A program made the position numbers and the translations under genes. This document shows, piece after piece, positions 48,459 through 58,990 of a stretch of DNA of 64,000 nt. Source of the DNA: an uncultured bacterium (lineage in GTDB: Bacteria; Patescibacteriota; Dojkabacteria; SC72); the NCBI GenBank assembly GCA_903840015.1, contig CAIMEL010000004.1:97452-161451 (forward strand). The letters are read 5' to 3'. Numbering within the stretch: the first letter of the stretch is position 1; the number at the start of each line of letters is the position of its first letter. The notes below the pieces were generated by a model that saw only the letters and a program-made list of their open reading frames with translations, had not been told where the DNA came from and made no database searches.

Positions 48459-50247
48459 CACCAACCTGCTTGCTATACATCTGCGAATACAAACCATTTT
48501 GACCCATTAACTGTGGGTGACTTCCATCTTCTACTATTTTACCCTCATTCAAAACTAGGATTCTCCCTGCCTTTCTTACAGTTGCAAATCTGTGAGATAC
48601 TATCAATGTAGTCTTCTCTTTCGAATTCTCTTTAATATTATCAAATATCTTCTCCTCTGAAATACTATCTACAGCACTCGTCGGTTCATCAAGAACCAAC
48701 AATTTAGCATCCCTAAAAAAAGCTCGTGCAATTGCCAATTTTTGCCACTGTCCACCAGAAAGTTGAATACCATCCTTGATTTCTCTACTTAAGAAAGTCT
48801 TATACTTCAATGGCAATTCAGCAATAGTCGAATCTATATCTGCGGAGATAGCCGCATCTCTTACATTCTTTTCTTTCTTCTTTGTGATATCTCCGATATA
48901 TATATTGTCCTCTACCGTAATCGCCAATTTATTAAATGACTGAGAAAGAATACCTATATGTTTGTAATATGAATCAAGATCAACATCTTTAAGATTCTTT
49001 CCATTAATATATATATCCCCTTTCTGTGGGTCATAGATTCTTAATAACAACTTAATAATGGTGCTTTTTCCTGCACCATTCTTACCAACCAAGGCGATAT
49101 CTTCGTCCTTATCAACCTTAAAGGAAACATCCTGCAATATCCATTTTTCAGTATCCGGATATTTAAACCATACATTCCGGAATTCCAATTCCAATCCAGT
49201 AGAGACATTATCAAGTTGTTGATTGCCACTTTTTATCTTATTCTCCCAGTTAAGAACATTGTAAAATACATTTAAGGCATTTTTGTTACCTAATATCGTT
49301 GAAACCCTCTGCAAGCTTTGATCAATATCCATATAGAATTTCTGATAGGCAGATATAACAAAGGTCAGCATACCAATACTTAACTCTCCCTTGAAAACCA
49401 TCTGCAGGGAGTAAACCATAACAAAAATATTCACTACATTAGAGAGAAACGATAATAATGTTGTCCAAGTGTATCTTTCAATGTGGTTTTTCTGTAGTTT
49501 CTTGTTAAAAGCAATATTATACTTTCTTGCCTTCTCTATGAGATATCTCCCATACTTAAAGATAAAAACTTCTTGCAATCTCTCAAAGTTGGTACCCCAC
49601 AAAACCTCACGATAATTTGAATATATAATCTTCTCCTCTCCTTTGGCTGCCCATATATTCCAAAGTTTCTTCCCAAATCTCTTGGTAATTAAAGCTGCAG
49701 GAATTGATGCAAACAAAGCCAATACTGCAAGTAATGGCAACTGATTGAATATTGCTAGGAACGAAATTATCAAAACAGGAATAGCCGACAAACTATGTAA
49801 AGCTTCAAAAAAAGAATGTACTACAACCCAAGTATTCCAACCTAACATACTCTTACTATTTACAAACTTAGGATCTTCATATGCCTGAGGTTCTATCTCA
49901 GCATATTTATTTAAATACACATTGTCATCAAGATATGGAATCCATAGGTCTATTACAGAATCGATGTACTGATAGATATTGTTCACGACAAGCCAAATTA
50001 CCGATACGACGAAGAATATAGTGAGAGTAGGTATGACTTCCTCAAAGCCTTTACCTAAATTAATTGCATTTATACTTATATCAATTACCCTTGCTAGGAA
50101 GTAACTAATTAAAAGAGGATACAGATTTACAAAAAATCTCAAGACAACATATACCCAGATATACTTGGCAAATCTAGTATGGTGATAATATCTCTTGTAT
50201 ACAAACCACAAAAGTTTCAATATGTTTTGTTCTTTTACCTCTTGCAT
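48451..50247 (-). CDS. ABC exporter, fused permease/ATPase
   Basis: TM domain; GKNGAGKST, LSGGQWQKLAIAR, LDEPT, SHR. Confidence 0.93.
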   Translation of the reverse strand: MQEVKEQNILKLLWFVYKRYYHHTRFAKYIWVYVVLRFFVNLYPLLISYFLARVIDISINAINLGKGFEEVIPTLTIFFVVSVIWLVVNNIYQYIDSVIDLWIPYLDDNVYLNKYAEIEPQAYEDPKFVNSKSMLGWNTWVVVHSFFEALHSLSAIPVLIISFLAIFNQLPLLAVLALFASIPAALITKRFGKKLWNIWAAKGEEKIIYSNYREVLWGTNFERLQEVFIFKYGRYLIEKARKYNIAFNKKLQKNHIERYTWTTLLSFLSNVVNIFVMVYSLQMVFKGELSIGMLTFVISAYQKFYMDIDQSLQRVSTILGNKNALNVFYNVLNWENKIKSGNQQLDNVSTGLELEFRNVWFKYPDTEKWILQDVSFKVDKDEDIALVGKNGAGKSTIIKLLLRIYDPQKGDIYINGKNLKDVDLDSYYKHIGILSQSFNKLAITVEDNIYIGDITKKKEKNVRDAAISADIDSTIAELPLKYKTFLSREIKDGIQLSGGQWQKLAIARAFFRDAKLLVLDEPTSAVDSISEEKIFDNIKENSKEKTTLIVSHRFATVRKAGRILVLNEGKIVEDGSHPQLMGQNGLYSQMYSKQVGAT

Positions 50248-50278
50248 AAGAAATAATTGTACTCGAACTTAAGAAGTG

Positions 50279-51217
50279 TTACAACAGCGACAGCAAGCCC
50301 TTAACATCTTTTGATCGCATAAGTTCCATTCTTAGATCTCCCGCACCTTCAAAATTATTTATATATGCCTTAATATATTTTTTCTGACTATCAAACAGGT
50401 TTTCTTCTTGATCATAACTTTTAAATATTTCCATATGTTTTCTTAAAATCATAATTCTCTCTTCTTTCGATATTTCCTCTCTACCAGAGAAAATCCAAGG
50501 ATCATTCAAGATATATCTTCCAATCATAACTCCATCCACCTTATACAGCTTTACATAATCTTCCAACTGATTCATACTTTTGACATCCCCATTACCAAGA
50601 ATTAAAGTATCAGGTGCAACAGTATTCCTAAGAGTTACACATTTCGCTATTTCATTCCATCGGGCAGGAGTGGAGTACCCTTCCTTTGCTAAACGACCGT
50701 GTACTGTTAACATTGATAATCCCTGCTCAAGGAGAGAACCAATCCAATTTTCTAAATCAATTTTTTCATAACCTATACGAGTCTTAACACTAACGGGCAA
50801 ATCTCCACTACTTTCCTTAACAGCTGCTATTATTTCTTTTGCTAAAACCTTGTCGTTAATCAAAGCAGAACCTCTACCACTAGACAAAACATCTCGTACG
50901 GAACATCCCATATTAATATCTATACCTGCCGGATGAAGCCCTTTCACATACTCTATTGTCTTTGCATAATATTCAGGGACATTACCCCACAATTGAACTA
51001 CAACCGGTTGCTCAGTAGGGGTAAAATCAAGTCGTTGAATAACCTTGTCTCTACCTTTTGAACAAAATCCCTCTACGTTTAAAAATTCAGTAAAGAAAAG
51101 ATCTGGTTTACCAATCTCCGAAATCACAGAACGAAATACACTGTTTGTAACACCCTCCATAGGAGCAAGCGCAGTTATGAATCCCCTCTCTTTTAAAATC
51201 TCTTGGTAGATATTCAT
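50279..51217 (-). CDS. tRNA-dihydrouridine synthase
   Basis: LAPMEGVT, IDINMGC, VSVKTRIG, TVHGR, GNGDV, GVMIGR; start at second ATG. Confidence 0.93.
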   Translation of the reverse strand: MNIYQEILKERGFITALAPMEGVTNSVFRSVISEIGKPDLFFTEFLNVEGFCSKGRDKVIQRLDFTPTEQPVVVQLWGNVPEYYAKTIEYVKGLHPAGIDINMGCSVRDVLSSGRGSALINDKVLAKEIIAAVKESSGDLPVSVKTRIGYEKIDLENWIGSLLEQGLSMLTVHGRLAKEGYSTPARWNEIAKCVTLRNTVAPDTLILGNGDVKSMNQLEDYVKLYKVDGVMIGRYILNDPWIFSGREEISKEERIMILRKHMEIFKSYDQEENLFDSQKKYIKAYINNFEGAGDLRMELMRSKDVKGLLSLL

Positions 51218-51300
51218 TCGCATATTCTACCACCTTACAAAAATACTTGCAGATATTTCCGTTTTGAAATAAACTTAATAGAAGATTTAACTGCCTAAAT

Positions 51301-51702
51301 ATGGAATCTAAAAACACAATCCTAGATAATTCAGGACAACAATCCCTTAGTGAGGTAAAAATTGATTCATATCAAATGATATTAATATATTCCTTCCAGA
51401 ATTTTTTAAGATGGTGGTATATTAAAATGCCTCTATGGCATCTTAGAAGGTTAGCAAGATTAAGCACAGTTGTAGATGATCAATTCTCCATCTCCCTTCT
51501 TCTTAAGAACTTTTTCATCCCATGGCATCGTGATTACTCAGCTATCGGTATTTTGTTTGGAATTGTAATGAAACTTCTTTATTTACCAATAGCTATAACG
51601 ATTTATTTGATCTCAGTCATATTCTATATTGCTATTACAATTGGATGGGTACTACTACCAATAGCGACTATTGTTTTCATATTAACCTCTATATTTAGAT
51701 AA
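51301..51702 (+). CDS. hypothetical membrane protein coupled to the Clp ATPase
   Basis: WWY...FSISLLLKNFFIPWHRD plus hydrophobic C-terminus; stop 2 nt before next gene. Confidence 0.75.
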   Translation: MESKNTILDNSGQQSLSEVKIDSYQMILIYSFQNFLRWWYIKMPLWHLRRLARLSTVVDDQFSISLLLKNFFIPWHRDYSAIGILFGIVMKLLYLPIAITIYLISVIFYIAITIGWVLLPIATIVFILTSIFR

Positions 51703-51704
51703 AG

Positions 51705-54425
51705 ATGGCATTAGACTTAGGAAGCAGAAAAAAAACATTAATAGGCTATCATGAGAAGAATAAGAATAGCTTTGGATTAATAGAAAAAGACTTTCCAATT
51801 ACCATAAATGAAAACGAATCACTCTTTACACTTACAAGAGACCATTTCTTTACTATCTCGTCACCACAGATAGAGTCTGTCCTAAAGAACTTCCTACGAT
51901 ACAAGAGGTTTAACGATATTAAAAGATTAATAGCAAATATTTTGGTATTTCCAGGATTGATAGTAGCCTTTGGGTATATTCTGAAATACTCCACATTACT
52001 AAACGATTATCCTCTTGTACTTAAGATATTAGAATACCCAATACTAAGTGTACTATTTGGAGTTTCGATATTAAGTGTAATAACTCTGTGGCATGATTTC
52101 TACGAGGACAAAAGTCACCCAGTACAACTCCCCAAAATAAAGAAAATCTCACAAAAGGATATTGACGAGATCAAGGCAACAGGCTTTAAATTTGGAAGAT
52201 ATGGGCATCTTGAAACTATCCATTTCGCAGGAGAAGAACTCTTAGAATACCTCTGTATATATACAATACATGGACAATTCAACACCTTAGCTCTTTACAG
52301 GGATCTTCTAGAAAACAATTTTGAGGTACAACAATTAATACGGAAATCAGGTATGGAATTTGATATAAATCTCTTTGAGCAGGAGGGTATTAATTCCGAG
52401 ACCATTCCTAATTACCCACAAACAGCCATAAGAAGCTTTCTGACATATGCAATAGAGGAGGCACTCCTAACGGAGAGCAAAGATTTACAACCACAACATC
52501 TCTTCCTAGCTATAACAAAGATATTTCCTGCCATACAGAAACTCTTGAAAAAGAACAATATCTCTATAGATATCCTTAGAGAAATAGTTGTTTACAACAA
52601 CAACGAAATTACCAGAAACTTAAGAACACAGTATCTCGATCCAAATATTCCTTACTACAAGAAGGGTGGAGTCGCAAAACAATGGATATATGGATATACA
52701 TTCATTCTTAGCCATTTTAGTAAGGAAATTAATAAAATAGTGGCGCAATCTAGAGATATATTCGGAATAGGACATGACGAGGAGGTCGATGCATTAGTTG
52801 CAGCACTTGGCAAACTTACAAACAAGAATGCATTGCTCATAGGAGAGCCAGGTGTTGGTAAATCGAGCCTAATACTTGGACTTGCTCAAAGGATTAATTC
52901 TGCGGATGTTCCACCACAGCTTAAAGATAAAAGAATTATTGAGTTTGATTTGAATGGATTAATTGCAATATCCAAGAAGGATGGAAATACAGAGGAATTA
53001 ATAATTAAGGCAATGCGCGAGCTAGAGAAAGCAGGTAATACGATTCTTTACATTGATGAAATACAGGAAATTATACCAAGGAAGGCAGAGGAATCCGGCC
53101 ATTCAATAGCGGGCATACTTCTTCCTTTCATATTGAATAGTAAATTTCCAATTATCGGAAGTATTAACTATTCTGATTACAAAAAGTATTTCTACAGTAA
53201 CGAATCACTAAGACAGAGTTTTACAAATATTGAGACAAAAGAGGTGAGTGGAGCTGATGCATTGAGAATATTGGAGAGCAAGGTGCACTCCTTAGAGAGA
53301 AATTTCAACTGCTATATTACCTTCCCAGCATTAGTGGCCTCTGTCGACTTAGCACAAAGATATATAAAGGAGAGGAAGTTACCAAGTAGTGCAGTGCAAA
53401 CCATCGAAGCAACATGTGCATGGGCACAATCTAATGGAATACAAAAGATAACCGCAGAACATGTCTCTAAGGCTGTTTCCTTACAGAAAAATATCAACAT
53501 AACAGCAATCGATCAGGAAGAAGGCAATCGATTGATGAAACTAGAGGAAAATATTAAGAGTAGAGTGGTAGGACAAGATGAAGCCATAGTCGCAGTTACA
53601 GAAGCCCTGAGGAGGGCCAGAACAGATATTAGAAATCCTAACAAACCAATAGGGACATTTCTCTTCATCGGACCGACTGGTGTTGGAAAAACACACCTGG
53701 CGAAGGTTGTTGGAGAAGAATTTTTTGGTATTGAGGAAAACATTATTAGGGTAGATATGTCAGAGTATCAGGATATACCAAGTATAAACAAATTCTTAGG
53801 TTCTGCAGGGGATGAGAATATAATGGGACAATCCTCCATCTCACTAATAGACAAGATTAAGAGTAATCCATATACAGTTGTTCTGTTTGACGAGATAGAG
53901 AAAGCACATCCTCAAATTCTGGATCTTTTCCTACAACTTTTTGATGAAGGCAGATTAACCAGCAATCAAGGAGAAACAGTAGATTTTACAAATTCCATTA
54001 TGATATGTACAAGTAATATAGGGAGTAAAATACTTCTCGAAGCCTTAGAAAACGACCAATCCCTATGGGAAGAGGCAAAAGAGAGGGCTTTGCTTGAATT
54101 AAGGCAATCTATCAAACCGGAATTACTAAACCGATTTGATAAAGTTATTGTATTTTCTCCACACGACACAAGCAATTTAGCTCAAATAGCAACACTCTTA
54201 CTCACAGATTTGGCAAAGCGACTATCAGAGAAGGGCATAACGATAACTTGGTCCTCACAAATACCTATGTTAATTGCAAACAAGTCAAATGAGCCCGGAC
54301 TTGGAGCACGTCCAATGAAGAGATATATCCAAGATAGGATAGAAGGTCAAATTGCAAAAGGATTGATAGAAAACAGTATAGAATCAGGAACTGAGGTTGT
54401 AATTAAAGAAAGTTGGATAATTTAG
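51705..54425 (+). CDS. ClpA/B-family double AAA+ ATPase with N-terminal TM helices
   Basis: GEPGVGKS/IDEI and GPTGVGKT/FDEIEKAHP, PELLNRFD, GARP; two hydrophobic segments near the N-terminus. Confidence 0.9.
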   Translation: MALDLGSRKKTLIGYHEKNKNSFGLIEKDFPITINENESLFTLTRDHFFTISSPQIESVLKNFLRYKRFNDIKRLIANILVFPGLIVAFGYILKYSTLLNDYPLVLKILEYPILSVLFGVSILSVITLWHDFYEDKSHPVQLPKIKKISQKDIDEIKATGFKFGRYGHLETIHFAGEELLEYLCIYTIHGQFNTLALYRDLLENNFEVQQLIRKSGMEFDINLFEQEGINSETIPNYPQTAIRSFLTYAIEEALLTESKDLQPQHLFLAITKIFPAIQKLLKKNNISIDILREIVVYNNNEITRNLRTQYLDPNIPYYKKGGVAKQWIYGYTFILSHFSKEINKIVAQSRDIFGIGHDEEVDALVAALGKLTNKNALLIGEPGVGKSSLILGLAQRINSADVPPQLKDKRIIEFDLNGLIAISKKDGNTEELIIKAMRELEKAGNTILYIDEIQEIIPRKAEESGHSIAGILLPFILNSKFPIIGSINYSDYKKYFYSNESLRQSFTNIETKEVSGADALRILESKVHSLERNFNCYITFPALVASVDLAQRYIKERKLPSSAVQTIEATCAWAQSNGIQKITAEHVSKAVSLQKNINITAIDQEEGNRLMKLEENIKSRVVGQDEAIVAVTEALRRARTDIRNPNKPIGTFLFIGPTGVGKTHLAKVVGEEFFGIEENIIRVDMSEYQDIPSINKFLGSAGDENIMGQSSISLIDKIKSNPYTVVLFDEIEKAHPQILDLFLQLFDEGRLTSNQGETVDFTNSIMICTSNIGSKILLEALENDQSLWEEAKERALLELRQSIKPELLNRFDKVIVFSPHDTSNLAQIATLLLTDLAKRLSEKGITITWSSQIPMLIANKSNEPGLGARPMKRYIQDRIEGQIAKGLIENSIESGTEVVIKESWII

Positions 54426-54454
54426 TTGAAAAGACAACTGTTATTACATATAAT
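54426..54454 (+). promoter_or_regulatory. sigma70 promoter of rpmF-nusB-rnc
   Basis: TTGAAA-17-TATAAT. Confidence 0.75.
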
Positions 54455-54483
54455 CTCTGAGTTAATATATATTAATTATTGAT

Positions 54484-54645
54484 ATGGGTGCATTACCAAA
54501 AAGAAAAATTTCAAAAGCAAGAAAAGGAAAAAGACGATCTCAGAATGCTTTGAAGGTAGAAGGTATGACAAAATGTTCAAAATGCGGGAATGTAAAGAGA
54601 AGTCATTTTGAATGTGAGTATTGTGGTAACTATAAAACTAAATAG
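54484..54645 (+). CDS. rpmF: 50S ribosomal protein L32 (Zn-binding form), absent from ORF track
   Basis: MGALPKRKISKARKGKRRS...CSKC...HFECEYCG. Confidence 0.95.
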   Translation: MGALPKRKISKARKGKRRSQNALKVEGMTKCSKCGNVKRSHFECEYCGNYKTK

Positions 54646-54657
54646 ATTGTTTACTTT

Positions 54658-55101
54658 ATGAAAAGATCATCAGATCCACGACATCTCGCAAGGATATTAG
54701 CTTTACAGCAGCTTTTTTCTGAAAAATTCTCAAATAATCAATTCTATACTGAGAGTATACCTTTAGAGGATTTACTAGAGTTAGATGAGATTGAGAGTTA
54801 TGATGAATCTCTTTTTGAAAAGATTTCAACAGGTGTCAGGGAAAATGTAGAACAGATAGACAAAACTATTGTTGAATTTGCCCCACAGTGGCCAATTTCA
54901 CAAATGAAGTTAGTTGATTTGCAAATACTACGGATTGCAATATATGAGGGATTCATAGGTAAGATAACTCCTCCGAAGGTTTCCATAGATGAGGCTATTG
55001 AGATTGCAAAAGATTTCGGTGGTGAAAGTAGTAGCAAGTTTGTTAATGGTGTACTTGGAGCAATATATGAATTGAATAAAGATAATAATGGAGAATCATA
55101 A
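54658..55101 (+). CDS. nusB: transcription antitermination factor NusB
   Basis: [35 protein letters not shown]. Confidence 0.95.
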   Translation: MKRSSDPRHLARILALQQLFSEKFSNNQFYTESIPLEDLLELDEIESYDESLFEKISTGVRENVEQIDKTIVEFAPQWPISQMKLVDLQILRIAIYEGFIGKITPPKVSIDEAIEIAKDFGGESSSKFVNGVLGAIYELNKDNNGES

Positions 55102-55774
55102 AGAAGTGGAGGAAAAGCTTGGTGTGGTTTTTTCAGACAAGACATTACTAGAGAAATCATTTATACATCGTTCATACATCAATGAAAATAGAGATAGAGA
55201 TGTTGAAAATAATGAGAGGCTAGAGTTTCTTGGAGATGCAGTACTTGAATTAATAGTTTCAGATCATTTGTATCAAGAATTTCCTGACAGAAGTGAGGGA
55301 GAATTGACTGCGATACGATCTGCAGCTGTTAGAACAGAGAGTTTAGCAGAACAAAGTAGAGATTTAGGAATTGGTATGTATCTACTTATGTCAAGAGGAG
55401 AAGAGGACTCAGGGGGTAAAGATAAAGATTTTCTTCTGGCAAATCTTTTCGAAGCAGTTTTGGGTGCCATCTATTTAGACAAGGGCTATGAAGAAGCGAA
55501 AACTTTCGTTTCAAGAACAGTTTTAAGTAAAATCCCTGTTATTATCAAGGAAGGATCTTTCGTAGATCCTAAGACAAAAGTACAAGAGATAATACAATCC
55601 AAGTTCAAAGAAACTCCTACTTACGAGGTCATAAAAGAGATAGGACCAGATCATGACAAACATTTTACGGTGACTTTGAAAACTGCTAGTAGAAAGTTCA
55701 CAGACGGAGAAGGTCCTAGTAAGCAGAAAGCAGAGGAAGATGCTGCAAGAAAAGCTTTAGATATATTGAAATAG
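55088..55774 (+). CDS. rnc: ribonuclease III
   Basis: [23 protein letters not shown], dsRBD (GPDH, SKQKAE). Confidence 0.97.
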   Translation: MENHKEVEEKLGVVFSDKTLLEKSFIHRSYINENRDRDVENNERLEFLGDAVLELIVSDHLYQEFPDRSEGELTAIRSAAVRTESLAEQSRDLGIGMYLLMSRGEEDSGGKDKDFLLANLFEAVLGAIYLDKGYEEAKTFVSRTVLSKIPVIIKEGSFVDPKTKVQEIIQSKFKETPTYEVIKEIGPDHDKHFTVTLKTASRKFTDGEGPSKQKAEEDAARKALDILK

Positions 55775-55819
55775 TGATATTGTTGAATAAAATGATATAA
55801 ACTGATAAAATTCACAACT

Positions 55820-56122
55820 ATGTTAAAAATAAGATTAAAAAGAATAGGAAGAAGGAAACAACCAAGTTACAGAGTTGTTGTAGTTGAATCCTCCAAGCCA
55901 AGAGATGGAAGAAGTATTGATGATTTAGGATCATACAGGCCAAGGAATAATCCTTCCATATTTGATATTGATTTGGACAAAGCCAAATCATGGATCAGTA
56001 ATGGAGCTCAAGCTTCTGAAACAGTTGCTCAATTCTTTGTAAAACTTGGCATCATGGAACCCATAAAGAAGGGCTCTAAAAAGCCAAATACTACAAAGAA
56101 GACAAAAGAGAATAAAGAGTAG
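55820..56122 (+). CDS. rpsP: 30S ribosomal protein S16
   Basis: MLKIRLKRIG, YRVVV, RDG, GAQ. Confidence 0.97.
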   Translation: MLKIRLKRIGRRKQPSYRVVVVESSKPRDGRSIDDLGSYRPRNNPSIFDIDLDKAKSWISNGAQASETVAQFFVKLGIMEPIKKGSKKPNTTKKTKENKE

Positions 56123-56155
56123 TATAATATATTATTAAGATATATTTTTTAAGCT

Positions 56156-56470
56156 ATGAAAGAGTTACTAGAGCATATTGTGAAGTCGATTGTTAATAAT
56201 CCCGATGATGTGAAGATAGAAGAAAGAGAAAGTGTAGATTTCCCTGGACTTACTATTTTGACAATAGAGGTTGCTGAGAATGATAAAGGTGTTGTCATTG
56301 GAAGAAAAGGTAGAACAATCAATGCTATTCGAGATTTAATCACCATAAATGCAATAAGGAACGAGAGAAGAGTCAAGGTTATGATCAAAGATGATAACAA
56401 CAGGCATACAGAAGAGGCAGTTGAAAGCACGGAGGCAGAGAATGAATCTATATTTAATGACGAGATATAG
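56156..56470 (+). CDS. khpA: KH domain RNA-binding protein
   Basis: GVVIGRKGRTINAIR; follows rpsP. Confidence 0.9.
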   Translation: MKELLEHIVKSIVNNPDDVKIEERESVDFPGLTILTIEVAENDKGVVIGRKGRTINAIRDLITINAIRNERRVKVMIKDDNNRHTEEAVESTEAENESIFNDEI

Positions 56471-56474
56471 TTAC

Positions 56475-57203
56475 TTACTCTTTTAACTCTTCAGCCTTTT
56501 TAGAGAATATCCCAATTACATCAGCGTACTGAGTATACTCATTGAATGCTGCGTAGTAATCAACCTTGTAGGCTCTCTCAGGGACATAATATCCTATGAC
56601 TCCCAAATCAACACGCCATAGCTCTCCCGTTTTCTTAAAAGAAATATTATCTGCAGAGATTATATAAGGGGATGCAGAATACAAGCTATCCAAGAAACTT
56701 AAGATATCTTGCAAAGTACCAGTATATGATAAAGGTCCACTCACTCCTAGGTAAGATTTTTTCTCATTATTTTTGTCCTTGTTCGTGAACGAAACAGTAA
56801 CATCCCCAGCAGACAGAGATTTTGATGTAAGATTCTTCTCATTTGCCAAAGTATCTATGTAATATACAAACATAGACACCCTCAAAGTCTTTGGTATAAC
56901 ACTCTTGGCATTTAGCAAATCCACTTGCATAGTTGCATCATCTATTCCTTTTAATTTCGCCTCTAATTTAACCAAAGTATCTTCCTTTTGCTTTAGAGAT
57001 TCATATTCCTGTTGAAAAGCTATTGTAGCCTTTATCATTGGTACAAACACAAAGATACTCAACATTAGTAATATAATGGTTGCTGCAGCAGGTATTAAAA
57101 TATCCTCCACCTTTACTTTGGAGTCTTTTATTTTCTCGCTTATTGCTTCCAACTCCTTTTTTGTTTTATTACCCTCTGGTTGTTTGTTCGATAATGTTTG
57201 CAT
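56475..57203 (-). CDS. PilO-like type IV pilus assembly protein
   Basis: TM plus coiled coil plus periplasmic domain; third gene after pilM. Confidence 0.7.
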   Translation of the reverse strand: MQTLSNKQPEGNKTKKELEAISEKIKDSKVKVEDILIPAAATIILLMLSIFVFVPMIKATIAFQQEYESLKQKEDTLVKLEAKLKGIDDATMQVDLLNAKSVIPKTLRVSMFVYYIDTLANEKNLTSKSLSAGDVTVSFTNKDKNNEKKSYLGVSGPLSYTGTLQDILSFLDSLYSASPYIISADNISFKKTGELWRVDLGVIGYYVPERAYKVDYYAAFNEYTQYADVIGIFSKKAEELKE

Positions 57204-57204
57204 A

Positions 57205-57921
57205 TTACTTACTATCTACTTTTAGGAAATTATCTAAAACAAAAGATCCGTAGAAAGAGAAAGTTACATCTTGAGAACTCTTCCCAACAGCCCTTAGAGA
57301 TATCTTTTCTATTCTCGAATCATTACCCAAAAGATACCATAGTTTAGCAACATCCTCTAAACTCTGTGCTTTCCCAGTGAATTCAATCCCATTCAATCCT
57401 GTAAAGGCAAAGGCCGTTAATGTACAATTGGTTTTACTAGTAATACCATTAATATATTCAAGTACTGCCTTTGCAGAATATCTACCTTTTTCAATATCAT
57501 TATACAAATATATTCTGTCTAAGATCTCATTGTTTCCAATAATCTTTTGAGATAACCCCTCAACCTGAGCTTCACTTTTTATTAATTTCTCCTTCTCAGC
57601 ATTCAGCTGAAATTTAAAAACTATGTTCAAGCCGACAATGAGAATAGAGATAACAAAAAGAATAATGAGGCTTACTATTGCACTCATATTAATCTTTTTC
57701 TTTTTTTCTTCTGTCTGAACCTCTTCCTTACTAAGGATTGGGATGAGATTAATACCACCATCAGATGCAATCACAGTATCTGGCACCTCACTTTTGGGTT
57801 TCAATGGGTGAGCAAGAGGAGTGGTTGCATTCTTTCCAAGGGTATCAGTGGCTGCAACAGGTACTGGTTTTGCCTGAGGTTCTATCTGCTTATTGTTATC
57901 AACAGGTGGAGTATTATTCAT
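57205..57921 (-). CDS. PilN-like type IV pilus assembly protein
   Basis: INLIP PilM-binding motif, TM, coiled coil. Confidence 0.75.
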   Translation of the reverse strand: MNNTPPVDNNKQIEPQAKPVPVAATDTLGKNATTPLAHPLKPKSEVPDTVIASDGGINLIPILSKEEVQTEEKKKKINMSAIVSLIILFVISILIVGLNIVFKFQLNAEKEKLIKSEAQVEGLSQKIIGNNEILDRIYLYNDIEKGRYSAKAVLEYINGITSKTNCTLTAFAFTGLNGIEFTGKAQSLEDVAKLWYLLGNDSRIEKISLRAVGKSSQDVTFSFYGSFVLDNFLKVDSK

Positions 57922-58945
57922 CTTTCATTGCTAAACCAATAGCAACCGAATAGGAGGGTCCGCTCTTGGCTATTATGTCCTTAAATTTATTGTCAACTGC
58001 AATATTGTTCCATGGCATAGACATCGTAGCGTTTACACCAAGACTCTTAGATACATACTCCTTCAATCCAGGTAAAAGGGCTCCATCGCCATTAAGCATA
58101 TAGTCAGTAGGAGCAACAGAGAGAGTTCGGTTTTTGTAAAATTCAACACCTCTTCTTACCTCAACCATAATGGATTCTACAATTGGACTCAAAACTGAAT
58201 ATATTTTGCCCTCCAAAACATTCTCAACAAGTCCATAATTTCGTTTAAATTCTTCAGCTCTCTGATACTCAAAATTGAATTTATTAATAACAGCCTGAGT
58301 TAATGAGTCCGAACCGATAGCTATACTCTGAGAGAAAACTAAATATCCATCGGAGAGAATACTCATATCAGTACTATTTGCACCAAAATCTAACATTATT
58401 AAGTCCTTCTTGCCACTTGATTTATACATAGCTCTTCCCATTGCAACAGATTCCGTCTCTATAGCTATTAAATCTAGGGAAGACAAAACAGCAATATTGA
58501 TATATATATCGATAACTTTTCTTGGGGCGGCAACAACCAAAACTCTCGGAGCATTCTTCTCTGTATTAAAACCTATTGGTACATAACTAAGTTGAACTTC
58601 ATTCAATGGCATAGGTATGTACTGTTTAGCTTCAAAGTACACCGCATCCTTTAATTCTTCTGCTTTCACACCAGGGAATTCTAAAAACCTAGTAAAGACT
58701 GAGAATTCAGGTAAAGCCATAACGACATTCTTATTCTTAATACGAGAAGAGTCATAGAGCTTTTTTAATACATCCGCAAGTTTACGTTGATCACTCTTAT
58801 CTTCACTATTAATAACTCCCTTTGGAGTCAGTTGAGATCCAAGATTAACTAACAATGGATTTGCAGAGGATATACGACTAAGTTCAACAGCTTTAACTGA
58901 ATGCGTTCCGAAGTCTATACCAACATGATCGGGCAGTTTGGCCAT
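57914..58945 (-). CDS. pilM: type IV pilus assembly protein PilM
   Basis: GIDFGTHSVKAVEL actin-like fold, EAKQYIP, LDFGA, AIGLA. Confidence 0.92.
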   Translation of the reverse strand: MAKLPDHVGIDFGTHSVKAVELSRISSANPLLVNLGSQLTPKGVINSEDKSDQRKLADVLKKLYDSSRIKNKNVVMALPEFSVFTRFLEFPGVKAEELKDAVYFEAKQYIPMPLNEVQLSYVPIGFNTEKNAPRVLVVAAPRKVIDIYINIAVLSSLDLIAIETESVAMGRAMYKSSGKKDLIMLDFGANSTDMSILSDGYLVFSQSIAIGSDSLTQAVINKFNFEYQRAEEFKRNYGLVENVLEGKIYSVLSPIVESIMVEVRRGVEFYKNRTLSVAPTDYMLNGDGALLPGLKEYVSKSLGVNATMSMPWNNIAVDNKFKDIIAKSGPSYSVAIGLAMKDE

Positions 58946-58990
58946 ATACTAATAACACTAAATTATTAAGTTATACTATGATAGCAGAAA

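Noticed and set aside
44575-50247. Possible integrated island at tRNA-Val
   Set aside because: Accessory-looking genes are present, but I saw no integrase and no duplicated tRNA 3' end
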